Origin: Pavona decussata
Taxonomy: Eukaryota
Length of the DNA: 64,000 bases
Direction of reading: 5' to 3'
NCBI GenBank assembly: GCA_977016875.1
Contig: CDRNST010000436.1
Coordinates: 4,898,001 to 4,962,000 of the forward strand
Below are positions 39,576 to 52,400 of the stretch, in pieces. The notes beneath the pieces were generated by a model, which was not told where the DNA came from, did not search any database, and saw only the letters and a program-made list of their open reading frames with translations. A program made the translations under genes and the position numbers. Within the stretch, counting starts at the first letter, position 1. Each line of letters starts with the position of its first letter.

Positions 39576-40544
39576 TTAAATAGTTTGTTAGGAATACACA
39601 TAAAACATTACCTATACTAACATCCGCAACACACAGAAAGAGAAATAGGTAAATAAATAAATTATTAAATAAATAAAAGACCCCTTCGATTCTTTTTTAC
39701 TACATACAACTTGTAACTGAATGTGAACACGGTAAATAACAAACAAATAAATAAATTTACGTAAGTACATAAATCGTGGATGAACTTGTTTTTACCGAAA
39801 ACGTTGCTTCTCAGAGGCCAACCTAAGTCATCATAGTTTGATCTGAAACTGAAATTAAGATATTGATGTTTCAGTGCCTGTCGTTTTGGCCGACTTTTCA
39901 GCATTTCGTATGCACGCGAAAAAGGCTGACGAAGTTAGTTTCTGGCTTTCTCCCCTTTTGACGAAAAAGGTGATTAATCAGTTCAAACTAGGATTTCCCA
40001 TTTTCCCATTTTTCTTCCGATAAACAAAGGCACCCAACGAGAGCATTTCACGGAACAAAACACTTACAAATATTCTCATTCTTGAATCTTCCCAGATCTC
40101 CGTAAGCTAAAGCTGTTTGACTGTTCGGGTTCTATGGCTGGAAATATATACTGAAATATATAATAGAAAATTTTAAGAACTGAATCTAATTCCCCGAATT
40201 TCTGGTCTGTTGTTAGCTCTCAAAAACACAATTGCCCCTCCAAAGAGAAATTGGTTTTTCAGGGCTACGAAAAATTGAGGTGAGATTTCTGCCCTTCGTA
40301 TAAAAGACAAGTTGATGTTTTTCCTCATCTCCACCAACGAGTTCTGAAATGTGCGTGCATTTGAAATAGGGTTAATATACAACTGCTGAAATAGGGGATA
40401 TCTTCCAATTAGTGGATTTCCGCTTTTGTGTTTACAACAATAAATAAATAAATAAATAAAATAAGAAAATATAATTGCGTAGTAGGTTGGGGCATGGGAC
40501 AAAGTGTGCGAGCTTTGGCCTGGTTCCTCAATCTTTAATCCAAA

Positions 40545-43500
40545 ATGGCGACGTCAATGGAAGTTCAACCTTCCTCTTCTAAAGATGTTTCTGACACCGT
40601 TGTGGCGAGTTCTGCTTCCAGTGGAAGTGTTTCAGTGGCTCTTCATCCCCTAGTTATCATGAATATATCTGAACATTATACTAGAATAAAAGCGCAATAC
40701 GGAAAGCCGAATCCACAAGGTTGGTTAATTTTTCTTTCTAATGATATTATATTTGCTACACATCTGTGCATGTTTTCTTGTGTTCTTGTACGAAATATGT
40801 AAAGAGAGTTTAATGTGGAAATACCCTGAATTTCAATACTTTAATACGGGTTGAAATTCTCTTGAATGGTAGATTAAAACAAACGCTCAAACTGTTCTGC
40901 GCAGGGAAACGTCAAAAACGAATTTCGTGCACTCGGTCTTTAAAAACATGTACTTCGTTTGCCCAGTTAATGGCCTAACTTCTTTAACAGTTCTGTAGAG
41001 ACATGTTCCATCAATTTTTTTCTTGGCTAAGCTATGGAATACAGGGCCACTTTTCGAGTTATACCTTAACCTATCCATGCCAACTTTTTCTAAGTCAAAT
41101 GAGTGAGATTTCTGTTTCGTCATTGACCGGGATTTCTGAAAACGTCCGAGCTACCTCCGAAGATTTCTGACGATTTTCCAAAGAGTTTCGAACGTTGCCG
41201 AAAATGTCGGAAGATATTCCGTACACTTACGATTCGAACGGATTGTAGACATTTGAAAGCTTTTGCGATTGTTATAAAGAGCAAAGAAATAATACATAAC
41301 AAATCTGAAATGAAATGATACTTTCTAGAACAACTCGTCTGGATTTGTGAGTCAGGCATGAGAAATTGTCTTCGATGCATGAGATTGATGTCTTTAGTCC
41401 GCAGGGGTGCCACTCCCGCATAATGCATGAGAGTTGGCAGGTATACCTTAACCTTTTGAGCTGGCTCGCCAGCTAATCAGTCCCTCCTAAAAATATTAAA
41501 CTGGACTAGCAAGCTGCAGAGACATAAAATATACACATCTTCCTCATTCTTAAAACGTTAAACTCAACTGGCAAGCCGTCAAACCACTAAAATATATACA
41601 CTTCCTCATTGTTAAAATGTTGAACTCAACTGGTGGGTCCATGATTGCGACCATTGTATTTAAAGATTCAATTTGATAATTTGCATTGCTGCCATTGTTA
41701 AGTCTGAATTTGAAAATGGCTATATTGTGGTTCATATCCTTGGTTTACATTTTATCTTCCTATTGTTCTTGGGTATGGTAGTGTATGATAATGAGTTTGA
41801 AATAATGGAAAATAAAATTAAAACCCAGGATAAAATCGAACCACAACAGCTACATTCCATAAATTTTGTTTTACATCATTGTTGTTGTTGTTTTTATGTT
41901 TCATTTGATTGTTCCTTGCATTTTAGTGATTGGAGCTCTTCTTGGAACTCAAGATGGTCGTAACATAGAAATTTTCAATTCCTTTGAGCTGCAGTTTGAT
42001 CTGTTTGATGATGGACAAATTGTTATTAACATGGAATATTACAGAACAAAGGAGGAGCAGTGTAAGTTGATTAAAACATTAAAACCTGCACCTAAGAACA
42101 GGGGCACCCAACAGATCGTTTCGGTAAATTATCTGTTCGGAAGGCCCTTAATCCCCTACAATTTTCTAAAAATAATTTTCGCCTCGAACTTTCGTGATAT
42201 GGGAAATTTAAGGCCTGGTGTTTTTTGGATTGATAAAAATGTCGTTTCGGGTACCCAAAAAAGGTCAGCTAAGATTTTCGGAAAGGAAATAAGACCTATA
42301 TTTTTTGGGAAATGGACAAAAATGCCCAAGTAATTTCGAAAAGACTCAAGTTCCCCTAGAATGACCGAACAGATAAAAATATTATAGCGCAGCTTTAAGT
42401 GAATCTACAGAGCTTTAAAAGGCACTCCAGATAGCCTAAAATAGCGTTTCAAAGGATCTGAGAGAAAACTCCCATTGGGTGCCCCTGTAAGAATCCCCTG
42501 TACCTTGGCATCTCCTATGAGCTGACACTTATTAAGTCTGGATATTGGCCATGGCTTTTAGAAATCCTAAATTTTCACTGGGAAAAAATAATCAACAGCA
42601 CCACAAAAAAGTACTGCTCTGTAGCTTTCATTTCAATGGTCACACTTTGGGATTTATCCACAGACTCAATAGTTAGAACCACCTTGTACAGCATAATAAA
42701 TGGCACCGCAGGAAAGTACTGCTCAGTAGCTTTCATTTCAATGGTCACACTTTGGGATTTCATCCACAGACTCAAAAGTTAGAACCACCTTGTACAGCAT
42801 AATAAACAGCACCGCAGGAAAGTACTGCTCAGTAGCTTTCATTTGAATGGTCACGCTTTAGGATTTCATCCACAGACTCAAAAGTTAGAACTACCTTGTA
42901 CAGCATAATAAACAGCACTACAGGACAGTACTGCTCATTAGCTTTCATTTGAATGGTCACACTTTAGGATTTCATCCACAGACTCAAAAGCTGGAACCAC
43001 CATTACATCACCAAAAAACAGCACCACAGCAAAGTATTGCTCCGTAGCTTTCTTTTGAACGGTGACACTTTAGGATTTCATCTGCATTGCTGTATAAGGT
43101 TAGGGTTAGAAAATAATGTTTTAGTAGCTCTTTTAAGGATTTCATCCACAGAAAAGTTAGAACCACCCTTTGTACAGCTTATAGTTAATAAACGACAGTA
43201 CAGGAAAGCCTGCCCAGTAGTGTTCACATGATTGATCACACTATTAATGGATTTTTTCCACAGAATCAAAGGTTAGAACAAAATGAAAACAATTTACTGT
43301 CTTTGTTCACTGGAGTTTTTACAGAAGCGTGGCTTTCAACAAATTTCAATGTATATTTATCTGCTCAAGATTATGTTATTAGACTTATTACATAATGGCA
43401 TTTTTTTCCCAGTTCATCAGGTGTTCAAGAATCTGGATTTTCTTGGTTGGTATACAACAGGTTCTTTACCAACTGAAAATGATATCAGAGTACACAAACA

Positions 43501-46500
43501 GGTTAACTTTTTTCTCATTTTAAAGTAACACATACTAGTCTTACTTTTGAGTACTTTTCTGGTGGCTAAGGTGCATTTCATCAAAATTCTTCAGTTGCAA
43601 TTCAGATCCATCAGTCATTCTCTAATATTTTTGTGCCTCTTACTTGCACAATGGCAGTTTTTGTCTTCATATTTTTTTATGTTCTAGGTTCAAAGTAGGT
43701 TGCACATTTGACTTGCATAAATAGTTCAACAATTTATGAAAAAATAGTGATACCCTATACCCCTGTCACCAAAGCAGAGCCTTGAGCCCTTATGACCCCT
43801 GAAATCGTTAGAATTAAGAAACCTACAAACTACATTGTATACAACTCTGTGGATTACCAGAAAGCCTTAGGTTGCGTTCGATTGACCATCTTCCTAAACA
43901 AGAATAAGCAGAATAGCAGTTAGATTTTTCTTTATTTAGGAAATTTAGACATTCCTACAAACTTTCACTGACATGTGATAATGCAAGAGCCATTTCATAC
44001 TCCAGTAACTCCTAAAACCTCTTATGAGGGATTTCTTGTAATCATTGTATATATTCGTATTCCTAAATAGGGTCAATTGAATATACCCTTATTGTTGACA
44101 AGGTGTTTTCATTTTCTAAAATCTATAACTTATGGTATTTTCTTTTTTTCCCCTCAGATGTGTGAGATCAATGAAAGTCCATTATTTCTGAAACTCAATC
44201 CATTAGCCAAGACAAATGATGTAAGTTATTTGTTTTTGTGTTGTTGTGATTGTTTATTTATAGAATGTGTAGCTGTGACCTAGCTTTACAGTAGAATCAT
44301 TATTTTTGCTAAAGAAGATTTGACAAAGTTTTACAACATAATATTATTGTGAAACACAGTTAATGGAGATGAGGCCCTTAAGCTCATGTTTATCACGTTC
44401 ATCACGTTCTATTTGTGTCACGAAAAGCGCTAGTTGAATGTAAGCACAGGACGTAGCAAAAATCTGTGTCCTTAATGTAATTTAAACCGATGACCATTGA
44501 ATCTGCTCACTGTTCTGATATGGGAAGGCTTGTTGTGAGCTGCGGTGTAGGTCATTTTTCTAGGCTGGTACATTCTTGTTTTAAATCATTATTGTTTAGA
44601 AGCAGGAACATTTGTTTGAAATTATTCTAAACAAAAGCACAATTTGAATCCTAACAAGATGGCAAATTAATTTATTAATAATTCAATGTTTTTGCAAGGT
44701 CAGCTAAGTTAAACAAATTCTCTCTATTTCAGCTACCAATCAGTTTGTATGAGTCAGTGATCGACATTGTCGAGGGAGCGGTAAGGCTTTAATTTTTTTG
44801 CACTACAATCCATGCAATTCTAATTCCAAGGTTATGATATAAGTTATACAGTGTAATAAATGGTGCATGTGTAAAATGAAAATGTTTTCTTTGTAAGTTA
44901 CTAAGACTCCTGGAAGTATCATGGCAAGTTCCCTTATTGCTGAGCTCTCTGAGTCAATAACACTGTGTGTTTATTAAGCTTCTTAAAAATCTGGAATTTA
45001 TTTTCTTAATCGAGCAAAGATGCTGTATGTTTAACTTTCAGACACGCATGCTGTTTGTCGAGACTCACTATACCTTAGCTACAGAAGAAGCTGAAAGAAT
45101 AGGAGTGGATCATGTGGCAAGATTGTCTAACACTGGCACTATTGATGCTTCTACAGGTTTGTATGGCCAGTCTTTTTGTATGTCTGCAAAAATCAAAATG
45201 AAGCTCATGGCTACTTTTAAACAAAATTGTCCTGAGAGCCAACGTTTAAGCTGGAAATTCTGGTATGAAATTGGCTTGGCCTGGCCATTCTCACCTTTAG
45301 TTGTCAATCAACCATCAGAGTGAAAATAACTGACAAACACCATTGCATCATTTTCTATGACACTTTTCTTACTGGTAAAATTGGCTCAGTTTTTTAAATA
45401 AACCCTATTAACCAAATTACAAACTAATGTCTTATATTGCTGTGGTGATACTATGAGATTTGGAGGCAACTTGCCACAACTGAACAGCAGCTAAATTTGC
45501 ATTTTACACCTGCAATGGTGTGAAAGGAAGGAGTCTTTCCTACCTCCTCTCCTCGCTCCCTTGCTCCCCCTCACCTCTGGTGAATGCGGTAGAAATTGAG
45601 TATACCTGGCAAAATAAGTCTAATCACTACCAATAAAGTTTTTTTGTTATAAGCTTTTTTCATTCCTTGTTACAGTATCAGAGCATCTCTTAGCTCAGTA
45701 CAATGCAATCAAGATGCTTCATTCCAGGGTAAAGATGATTTTAGAGTATGCCAAAGCTGTTAAAAATGGTAAGAAAACTGCTTTTTTAAAAATTTACATT
45801 TATATTAAAATAGGAATTCAATGTCAGAATATTTTGGGCAGTTGGTTTGTGTTTAGAGGTATGTTGCTGTAGAATAATTCTTGTATTTGTGTTCATTTTT
45901 GTCATGTCGATAAAGTGGCCCATGTCAGTCCATTTTTGCTCTAGAGCCGTTGTGGGTCACTTTCACCCCTTGATAATGGACAAATTCCTTGGTTAATATT
46001 TTTTTGTATTCTCCACAAAGGAGAAGTTCCATGTAACCACGAGATAATGCGTGATGCCCTGAGTTTGATTCAGAGACTTCCAGTCATGAAGACAGATGTA
46101 TTTAGAGAAGACTTCTACAATGTAAGTCTGCTTTCAGTTGCTTGTTGAGTTGCAATTTTTTCCCTCTAAAGTTGAAAGGGCCAGAAAAACTCTGCATGTC
46201 AAACAATTCTCTATTTCTGGGGTTTTATTAAGATTTGAACAGGCAGGAGTCTAGTGCACCTGGGCAGGTTAGTTAACTTAGATAATTATGGTCTCTTATT
46301 GAAAAAGTTAGTTGAGATGTTAAAGTCATGTTCACAGACAATCAATTTGCCCGGAGTCTGGCCCTTAACACACACCCTTTTGTTCTCCTTCTGGTGATGA
46401 TGACAGTTATAATGATGACCTTGCTACATCCTGTCCTGACTTCCACTTATGTCCAGAAATGCACCTAACTCTGAATTTGGTTACATCATATAAAACAGGC

Positions 46501-46922
46501 CTTTTTGCTGTTTTCATATAACTTCATGTTTGAAAGAGTTATGTGTGTTTTAGTGAGAAGTAAGGTTAGGGGACACCTCTTGATGTCTATCATACAGTTC
46601 ATGAATCTCATTGGCATGTATTTCTGGACATAGCTCCTGACTTTGACTCTCTCCATCATTTTTCAGCAATGTAATGACGTTATGCTGATGTGTTATTTGT
46701 CTACAATAACAAAAGGTGCTAACAGCTTAAATGAGGTATGTTGCTTAGTCTTTGCTGGCCTGTTGAGAAATGATGATGCAACTGTTTACTGCACTTTTCA
46801 ATTACATGCAGACTCTGAAGTTGAAGTTATTATTATTATTTTCTATTTTTTAGTTCATCAACAAGTTCAATGTAGTTTATGACAGAGGAATGGGCAGAAG
46901 AATGAGAGGAACCCTCTTCTAG
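40545..46922 (+). CDS. COPS6: COP9 signalosome subunit 6; exons 40545-40719, 41927-42061, 43413-43501, 44158-44220, 44733-44780, 45042-45156, 45676-45768, 46021-46121, 46667-46735, 46854-46922
   Basis: MPN domain motifs [68 protein letters not shown] and [18 protein letters not shown]; C-terminus GRRMRGTLF. All splice sites are GT-AG and in frame. Confidence 0.96.
41072..41445. mobile_element. hAT-like MITE with an 8-bp TSD (COPS6 intron 1)
   Basis: CCTTAACC|TATCCATGCCAACT...AGTTGGCAGGTATA|CCTTAACC. Confidence 0.75.
42099..42487. mobile_element. TIR MITE with a 6-bp TSD (COPS6 intron 2)
   Basis: TAAGAA|CAGGGGCACCCAA...TTGGGTGCCCCTG|TAAGAA. Confidence 0.85.
42585..43280 (+). repeat. ~106-bp satellite array (COPS6 intron 2)
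   Basis: Same unit, about 5-6 copies, degenerating toward the 3' end. Confidence 0.92.
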
Positions 46923-48264
46923 GATTAAAAAAAAAAAAGTTCAGTCTTCACTATTGTTAAATTTTCCAAGAAATCAGATGAAGGAGTATGCAGAGCAAAG
47001 AAGAGCTTTTGACTGCTTGTTTTGATCTTACTTCATTTTACCATAGGCGGCTTTGTACCTTGAGGTATAGCTCCTTAGAGTGTAGGCTATAACAAAACTC
47101 CCTTCCTGGTTGAAACCAGTTTTGAGCCTGTTAATAATCACCATTTGCAGCCTACTTAAGTGAATACCACTAAAGGATGCTGGCTACAGACGCTCAGGCC
47201 CCACCAAGACTAATCTGTTCAAATTAAGAACTTGTAGGTCACCAACAATGAAATGCTGATGAAAACTTAGACATAAGAAAACTGTTTCAAAATGGAGACT
47301 TTCAAAGCACATTGTTTTAAAAAACGTGTTCCCTTTAATGTGTATGGGTGAAAATGTATTGTTTCGAAAATGCATTTGTTCATGAACAAGTGAAAACAGA
47401 GACTTTTGAAAACACCAAGACTGATTTCAATCATTTTCTTGAAAGCCCCAATAAACTTAACCAGCCCAATAAGTTTTTTTTCTAATCCATTGTTTATCAT
47501 TTGTTACTGAATTTAGCACAAACTTACGAACATGGCACAAAATGATAAATACAGTACTATAAAATTTAACTTTCAAAGTCAATAAATACTGAGTGTCTGT
47601 TTAGGAAGATCATTTTGCATGCAAGGTTATTAGTTTTGTGCCTGGTAAGTTGCCGGGTCTTTCAAGAAATGGACCTCTAGTCCAAACCAGCCAGAATATT
47701 ACATTTTTAATCTCTCACAAATTGACGCTTATAAGTGGAACTTTGAATTTGTTCGCAAAGGTTTGTCTGTACTTAAATTTCATCCTCAGAACTGTCAATG
47801 AATAGGGTCTTGTTATGATCTTTAAAATCGCATTTCTATGAATCATAAGCTGCTTTTTACATGTTCCATTCTATCCCTCAGGAATTTTCTTTAGTTGTCT
47901 GTTATCTGGCTTTCTTAGTAGCATATTTATAAAAACACGCTGTCTTTTAAGCTTTTCAGTAATTCTATTTACCTTGGATCATTTCTGTTATCTCAAGTAC
48001 TAACATTTAAGCCACATGTTCATCAGTGTATATATACCTGGTTCATTCAATAAATTCCTTACCTACTTGTTTTGGTAACAAACAAAAGATTTGACATTTA
48101 ATTGTTTTGTTCCCCAAAACTTTATACCTACCTAATAATATTTGTGCAACTGGCAAATAATAATAATAATAATTGGCAAAATAATAATAATTATTTGAAA
48201 TATCAAAGGAAATTCCAAGTCCCTAACAGGAATCACACCCATTGCACCTGTACCAGTATGTAAC

Positions 48265-48470
48265 AGGGATGTCGCAGTGGTGAAAGCACTTGCCTTCTAA
48301 CAATGTGGCCCAAGTTCGATTCCCACACTTGGCGTCATATGTGGGTTGAGTATGTTGTTGGTTCTCGCCCTTGCTCAAGAGGTTTTTTTTCCAGGTACTT
48401 GAGTTTTCTCCCCTAAAAAAACCAACATTTCCAAATTTCAATCTGATCTGGAATCTGAGGGACACAGTTG
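48265..48470 (+). mobile_element. tRNA-derived SINE with a V-domain-like core; further copies at ~53015-53170 (+) and ~56820-56980 (-)
   Basis: A-box-like GCAGTGG and B-box GTTCGATTCCC; the copies share GTTGTTGGTTCTCG...GGTTTTTCTCCGGGT.CTCCGGTTTTCC...AAAAACCAACATTTCCAAATT. Confidence 0.8.
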
Positions 48471-48474
48471 TTTC

Positions 48475-48625
48475 NNNNNNNNNNNNNNNNNNNNNNNNNN
48501 NNNNNNNNNNNNNNNNNNNNNNNNNNNNNNNNNNNNNNNNNNNNNNNNNNNNNNNNNNNNNNNNNNNNNNNNNNNNNNNNNNNNNNNNNNNNNNNNNNNN
48601 NNNNNNNNNNNNNNNNNNNNNNNNN
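48475..48625. other. Assembly gap (N run); a second gap lies at 50229-50367
   Basis: Runs of N. Confidence 0.99.
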
Positions 48626-48814
48626 GGTTGATGGGTTGGTTGATTGATCGATCGATTGATTGATTGATTTTCCTGTCCTCCTCATTACCCTGTGGAGGGG
48701 GATGGGTTAGTGAAGTAAAAAGTCGTAGTTTTATAATATTCTGAAACCGAAAAAAATTAAGAGTAAATTGTACAAGAATTCTTACATTCAGAGTTCATTC
48801 CCCCAGCAGACCTG

Positions 48815-49066
48815 GGCCCAGTTGTTCAAAGCCCGATTAAGCTAATCCTGGGTTAACGTGAACTTTGATTCAAGTATATTTACTAATAATTTTATTATCC
48901 GTAAGGATTCGTCCAAAAGATTTTTGTCCCTTAGTTTTGCTGTAGACTTTTCTTTACCATTAGCTTAAAATGAGCCTTTTAAATCATTTTTAATGAGTGA
49001 GATGAAAACCTTGGTTAACTTTTAATCGGAGATTAGTGTTAATCGGCTTTCGAACAACCAGGCCTT
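48815..49066. mobile_element. Harbinger-like MITE upstream of INTS4
   Basis: GGCCCAGTTGTTCAAAGCCCGATTAAGCTAATCC...GGAGATTAGTGTTAATCGGCTTTCGAACAACCAGGCC. Confidence 0.7.
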
Positions 49067-49445
49067 GGGCTTACCGGAAACCACTGTACCTGGTAAATTT
49101 TTTTCTGAATTTTTGGTGGGTGTGTGTTCCTGTTCGCATAATTCTAATTCCGTTTCAAACCGAAAAAATAAAATCCGTGCCTTTCTTTGTCCTAAACGAA
49201 AAGCTAATAACTTCAAAAGTCTGCTTTGCGTGAAAATGCGTGAAGCAATGCGTGCGCGTGAAGCAGTTCGTGACGCGACCGTGAAGCATCAAAATTGATT
49301 AGTGTCCAACCTTCCTCTGTAACACCAAACTGAGGCTTCCACAAAATCCATCATGGCGGTCGAAGAACACAATATCATGTTTGGTTCTTCTCTATCGAAT
49401 TTCCACAGCTGGAGGTAGTAAGTCTCCGCATATCTGTCAGAAACC

Positions 49446-52400
49446 ATGAAAAGGACTAACCCGGATTATTCCACGACAGTTGTCGAGGAGAAATCTTCAG
49501 AGACCCTCGATTATGGTGCCCAGACGCAGCCGGTATTGAAACTCAAGCGAAGTGGTCAAACTGTTGATGCTTCGAAAAGACTTGCTTTTGAGCTTTCGCA
49601 GTACTCAACGCAGCAAGAGATCCTTCAAACGCTTGTTGATCTTGAAAAGGAGCTTCCTGTAGAGTCGTTGGAAGTTGCTGAATTCGTGATTAGAACTTTG
49701 TGGGAGAGGTTTTACGAGACTTTGGACACTGCTGTTAGGGTCAAAGTAGTTTCTTTACTTGCAAGCGTTGGAAGATTTCCTGGGTTGAATGTTCACGCGG
49801 TGATTGAAGATTTGATCAATCTTCTGAACACAAACGACGAAAGCAGAAGTATAGGTAGTGTGATCCATCTTTTGCTGCATTGTATGTTTAGTTATAACAA
49901 ATATACTGGAGGGTGCATGGGGGACGGACTGAAACACCAACCCTCTCCAATGCCAATAAAAGAACGGGCAAGATTTCTTCATAACCCTATACATTAATTA
50001 TGAATACCATTTATTTTTTATTTTTTTTACTCAAACTCACTTCATACTCATCATTGTTGGAAGAGGATTAGTGTGGCAGTAGTGCGTGTATAATGTACAG
50101 GGCTGTGTAGAAATCTGTGTAGAAATTTTAGTTGAGTTGATTTAAATTGCTTTGATTTAAAAGGGGATACCCCCGATAGGGATAACCTCTGGTATCTCCT
50201 GTTAATGGTATTGATGTTTACATTGATCNNNNNNNNNNNNNNNNNNNNNNNNNNNNNNNNNNNNNNNNNNNNNNNNNNNNNNNNNNNNNNNNNNNNNNNN
50301 NNNNNNNNNNNNNNNNNNNNNNNNNNNNNNNNNNNNNNNNNNNNNNNNNNNNNNNNNNNNNNNNNNNGTCAAAAGCTGGTTGAGGAGGTGGGGGGGGGGG
50401 GGGGTGGCACACCTTGGAATATTTGGTGGGGGTGTGCCTCCCAGTCGTTCAAACCTCCAGCCTGTTTAAGACCAATACCCATTTTACAATAGCTGTCAAA
50501 ATTCTGGCACGCTGTGTGGCTTATACATGTAGCTATTGTCTATAAGAGTACAGACAATAAAAATTATGTCAGATGTAACGTGCACGCTTTCTCAATGGAA
50601 TATAAATTCCAATTCCATGTTATTGTAAAAATCAAATAGACAGCAGGTATCTATGGTCTATACTCTATAGACCATAAAATGACACTATAAAATGTCCAAA
50701 ACTCTGCAGTAAAACCACTCAGATCCACTTGAGTTTTGAACATTTTATGATGTCATTTTATGGTATATAAGAGTACAGACCATAGAAAACTGCTGTTGAT
50801 TTGTTAATTTTCAGAGCCAGCCGTTAAAATCCATACTCATTTTTACACCTACTTGTAAATTGTCTCCAGACTTAAGACCAACCACTGTCATACTAACCCT
50901 CTTAGATGGACATGTATATAGAGATTATACAAGCCTTTCCCAAAGCTTTCATTACACTAGTGTCATATCACTAGATCCTGACTGCCATAACCATTACATT
51001 CTAATAATGATTAAAAAGTAGCTTAATCTTTTCATAGAATCTCACAAAGTACGCGCTCAGATATTTCACACTCTGTTGCAACTTGGAAAGCTGTTTAATG
51101 GAGAGGTAGGTTACATGTTATTTAACTTTCACATGGCTAAGAACAAAAATTATGTACAAGAAAAGGAGACTTTTAAAAGGTATGTCTGGTACCATTCCCC
51201 GGATGTCTGCCAATCTCACAAGGCCATCCCCCTTTGTTAGCCTGTTTACCATTGTCCAACCCATCCACTGCAGATTTTGGGATTACAAAAAAGAAAAGCT
51301 AATTTGATATTAACATAATTTTATACCTCCCAGCATTGATAAAAGCCATACAGCAAGTGGGGTCACCCAATTCAAATTTAGTGTAGGCTGTCATGGATGC
51401 TTTTCAGCAGACTTCAAACAGAGCTTCAAATTATCATTTTGTAATCATAGTAGTTTTCAGCCCTAATGATGCTGGGCTTCCCCCTTCCTCTTTGGTTTCA
51501 TATACAACCAAGCACCCTGAACATTGAAACTGCAACAATGGCAAATAGAGAAGAAAAAATGGTTGTCTTACATTTTGCAGAATTCTGTTAGGGCTTCTTA
51601 TATTTTGTTGTTTCTTTTACCTCAGGCAAAGATTGTTCGCCAAATTGAGAAGACTGCTACTCAGGTAGTTTTGCAACTGTATTATTGTTTGTTTGTTTTA
51701 TTATTCATTTGCAACTATCCAACTAACTACTAGGAAAGACGGTTGCTTAATACAAGAGGTGTAAATGTCATGTTTGCGGTTATTTTTATTAACTACAAAA
51801 ACAAAACGAAAGATGCGAAATACCACTTTAAGGTGATGTTTCTGATGTTTTGACGACTCCATATATGTGTGTTCACGACAAGTAACTTTTCTTGCTCTTG
51901 TTTTAAATGTCAAAAGATAATGACTGAGTAGTATCTTTCAGTTAAACTTGTTGTTTGCTTTAATTTATTTCTATTTAGCATCTTAAAGATTCACATACTT
52001 CTGTGCGATGTCAGTGCCTCTCTCTGATTGGCCATCTTTCTCAGGGATTAGAGCATTCCCCAGCTTGGGTTGGGTCAAGCTCAAAGGGTGATGTACAAAG
52101 TTTGCTAGCAAGCTTTTCAGTGGACAGTGACCCTAGAGTACGGACAAGTGCCTTACAAGCTCTGGTAAGTTAACCTGTTTAGGCCTGGAATGGCTTCTCG
52201 GTCAGACAGAACAGCATCTGTTTGTAGAAAGTTCTATACACATTCAATATAAGGGATTGTGGGAGCTGATGTATGCAATAAACAATTTAAATTCGTCTCA
52301 GAAAGCACTTGACCAAAGTTACATTGTAGACTCTGGCAAATTTTTTTTTTACAATAATTATTGTTTAAAAGACAATTCAACTCAAGTCGAGAATGCAACC

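Noticed and set aside
42575-42775. ORFs of the [22 protein letters not shown] type (also 1416-1673, 8683-8919, 56952-57224)
   Set aside because: These are translations of the 106-bp satellite, not genes.
49415-49440. Micro-intron joining the uORF to INTS4
   Set aside because: Only 23-26 nt long, too short for a typical spliceosomal intron, and neither option keeps the frame.
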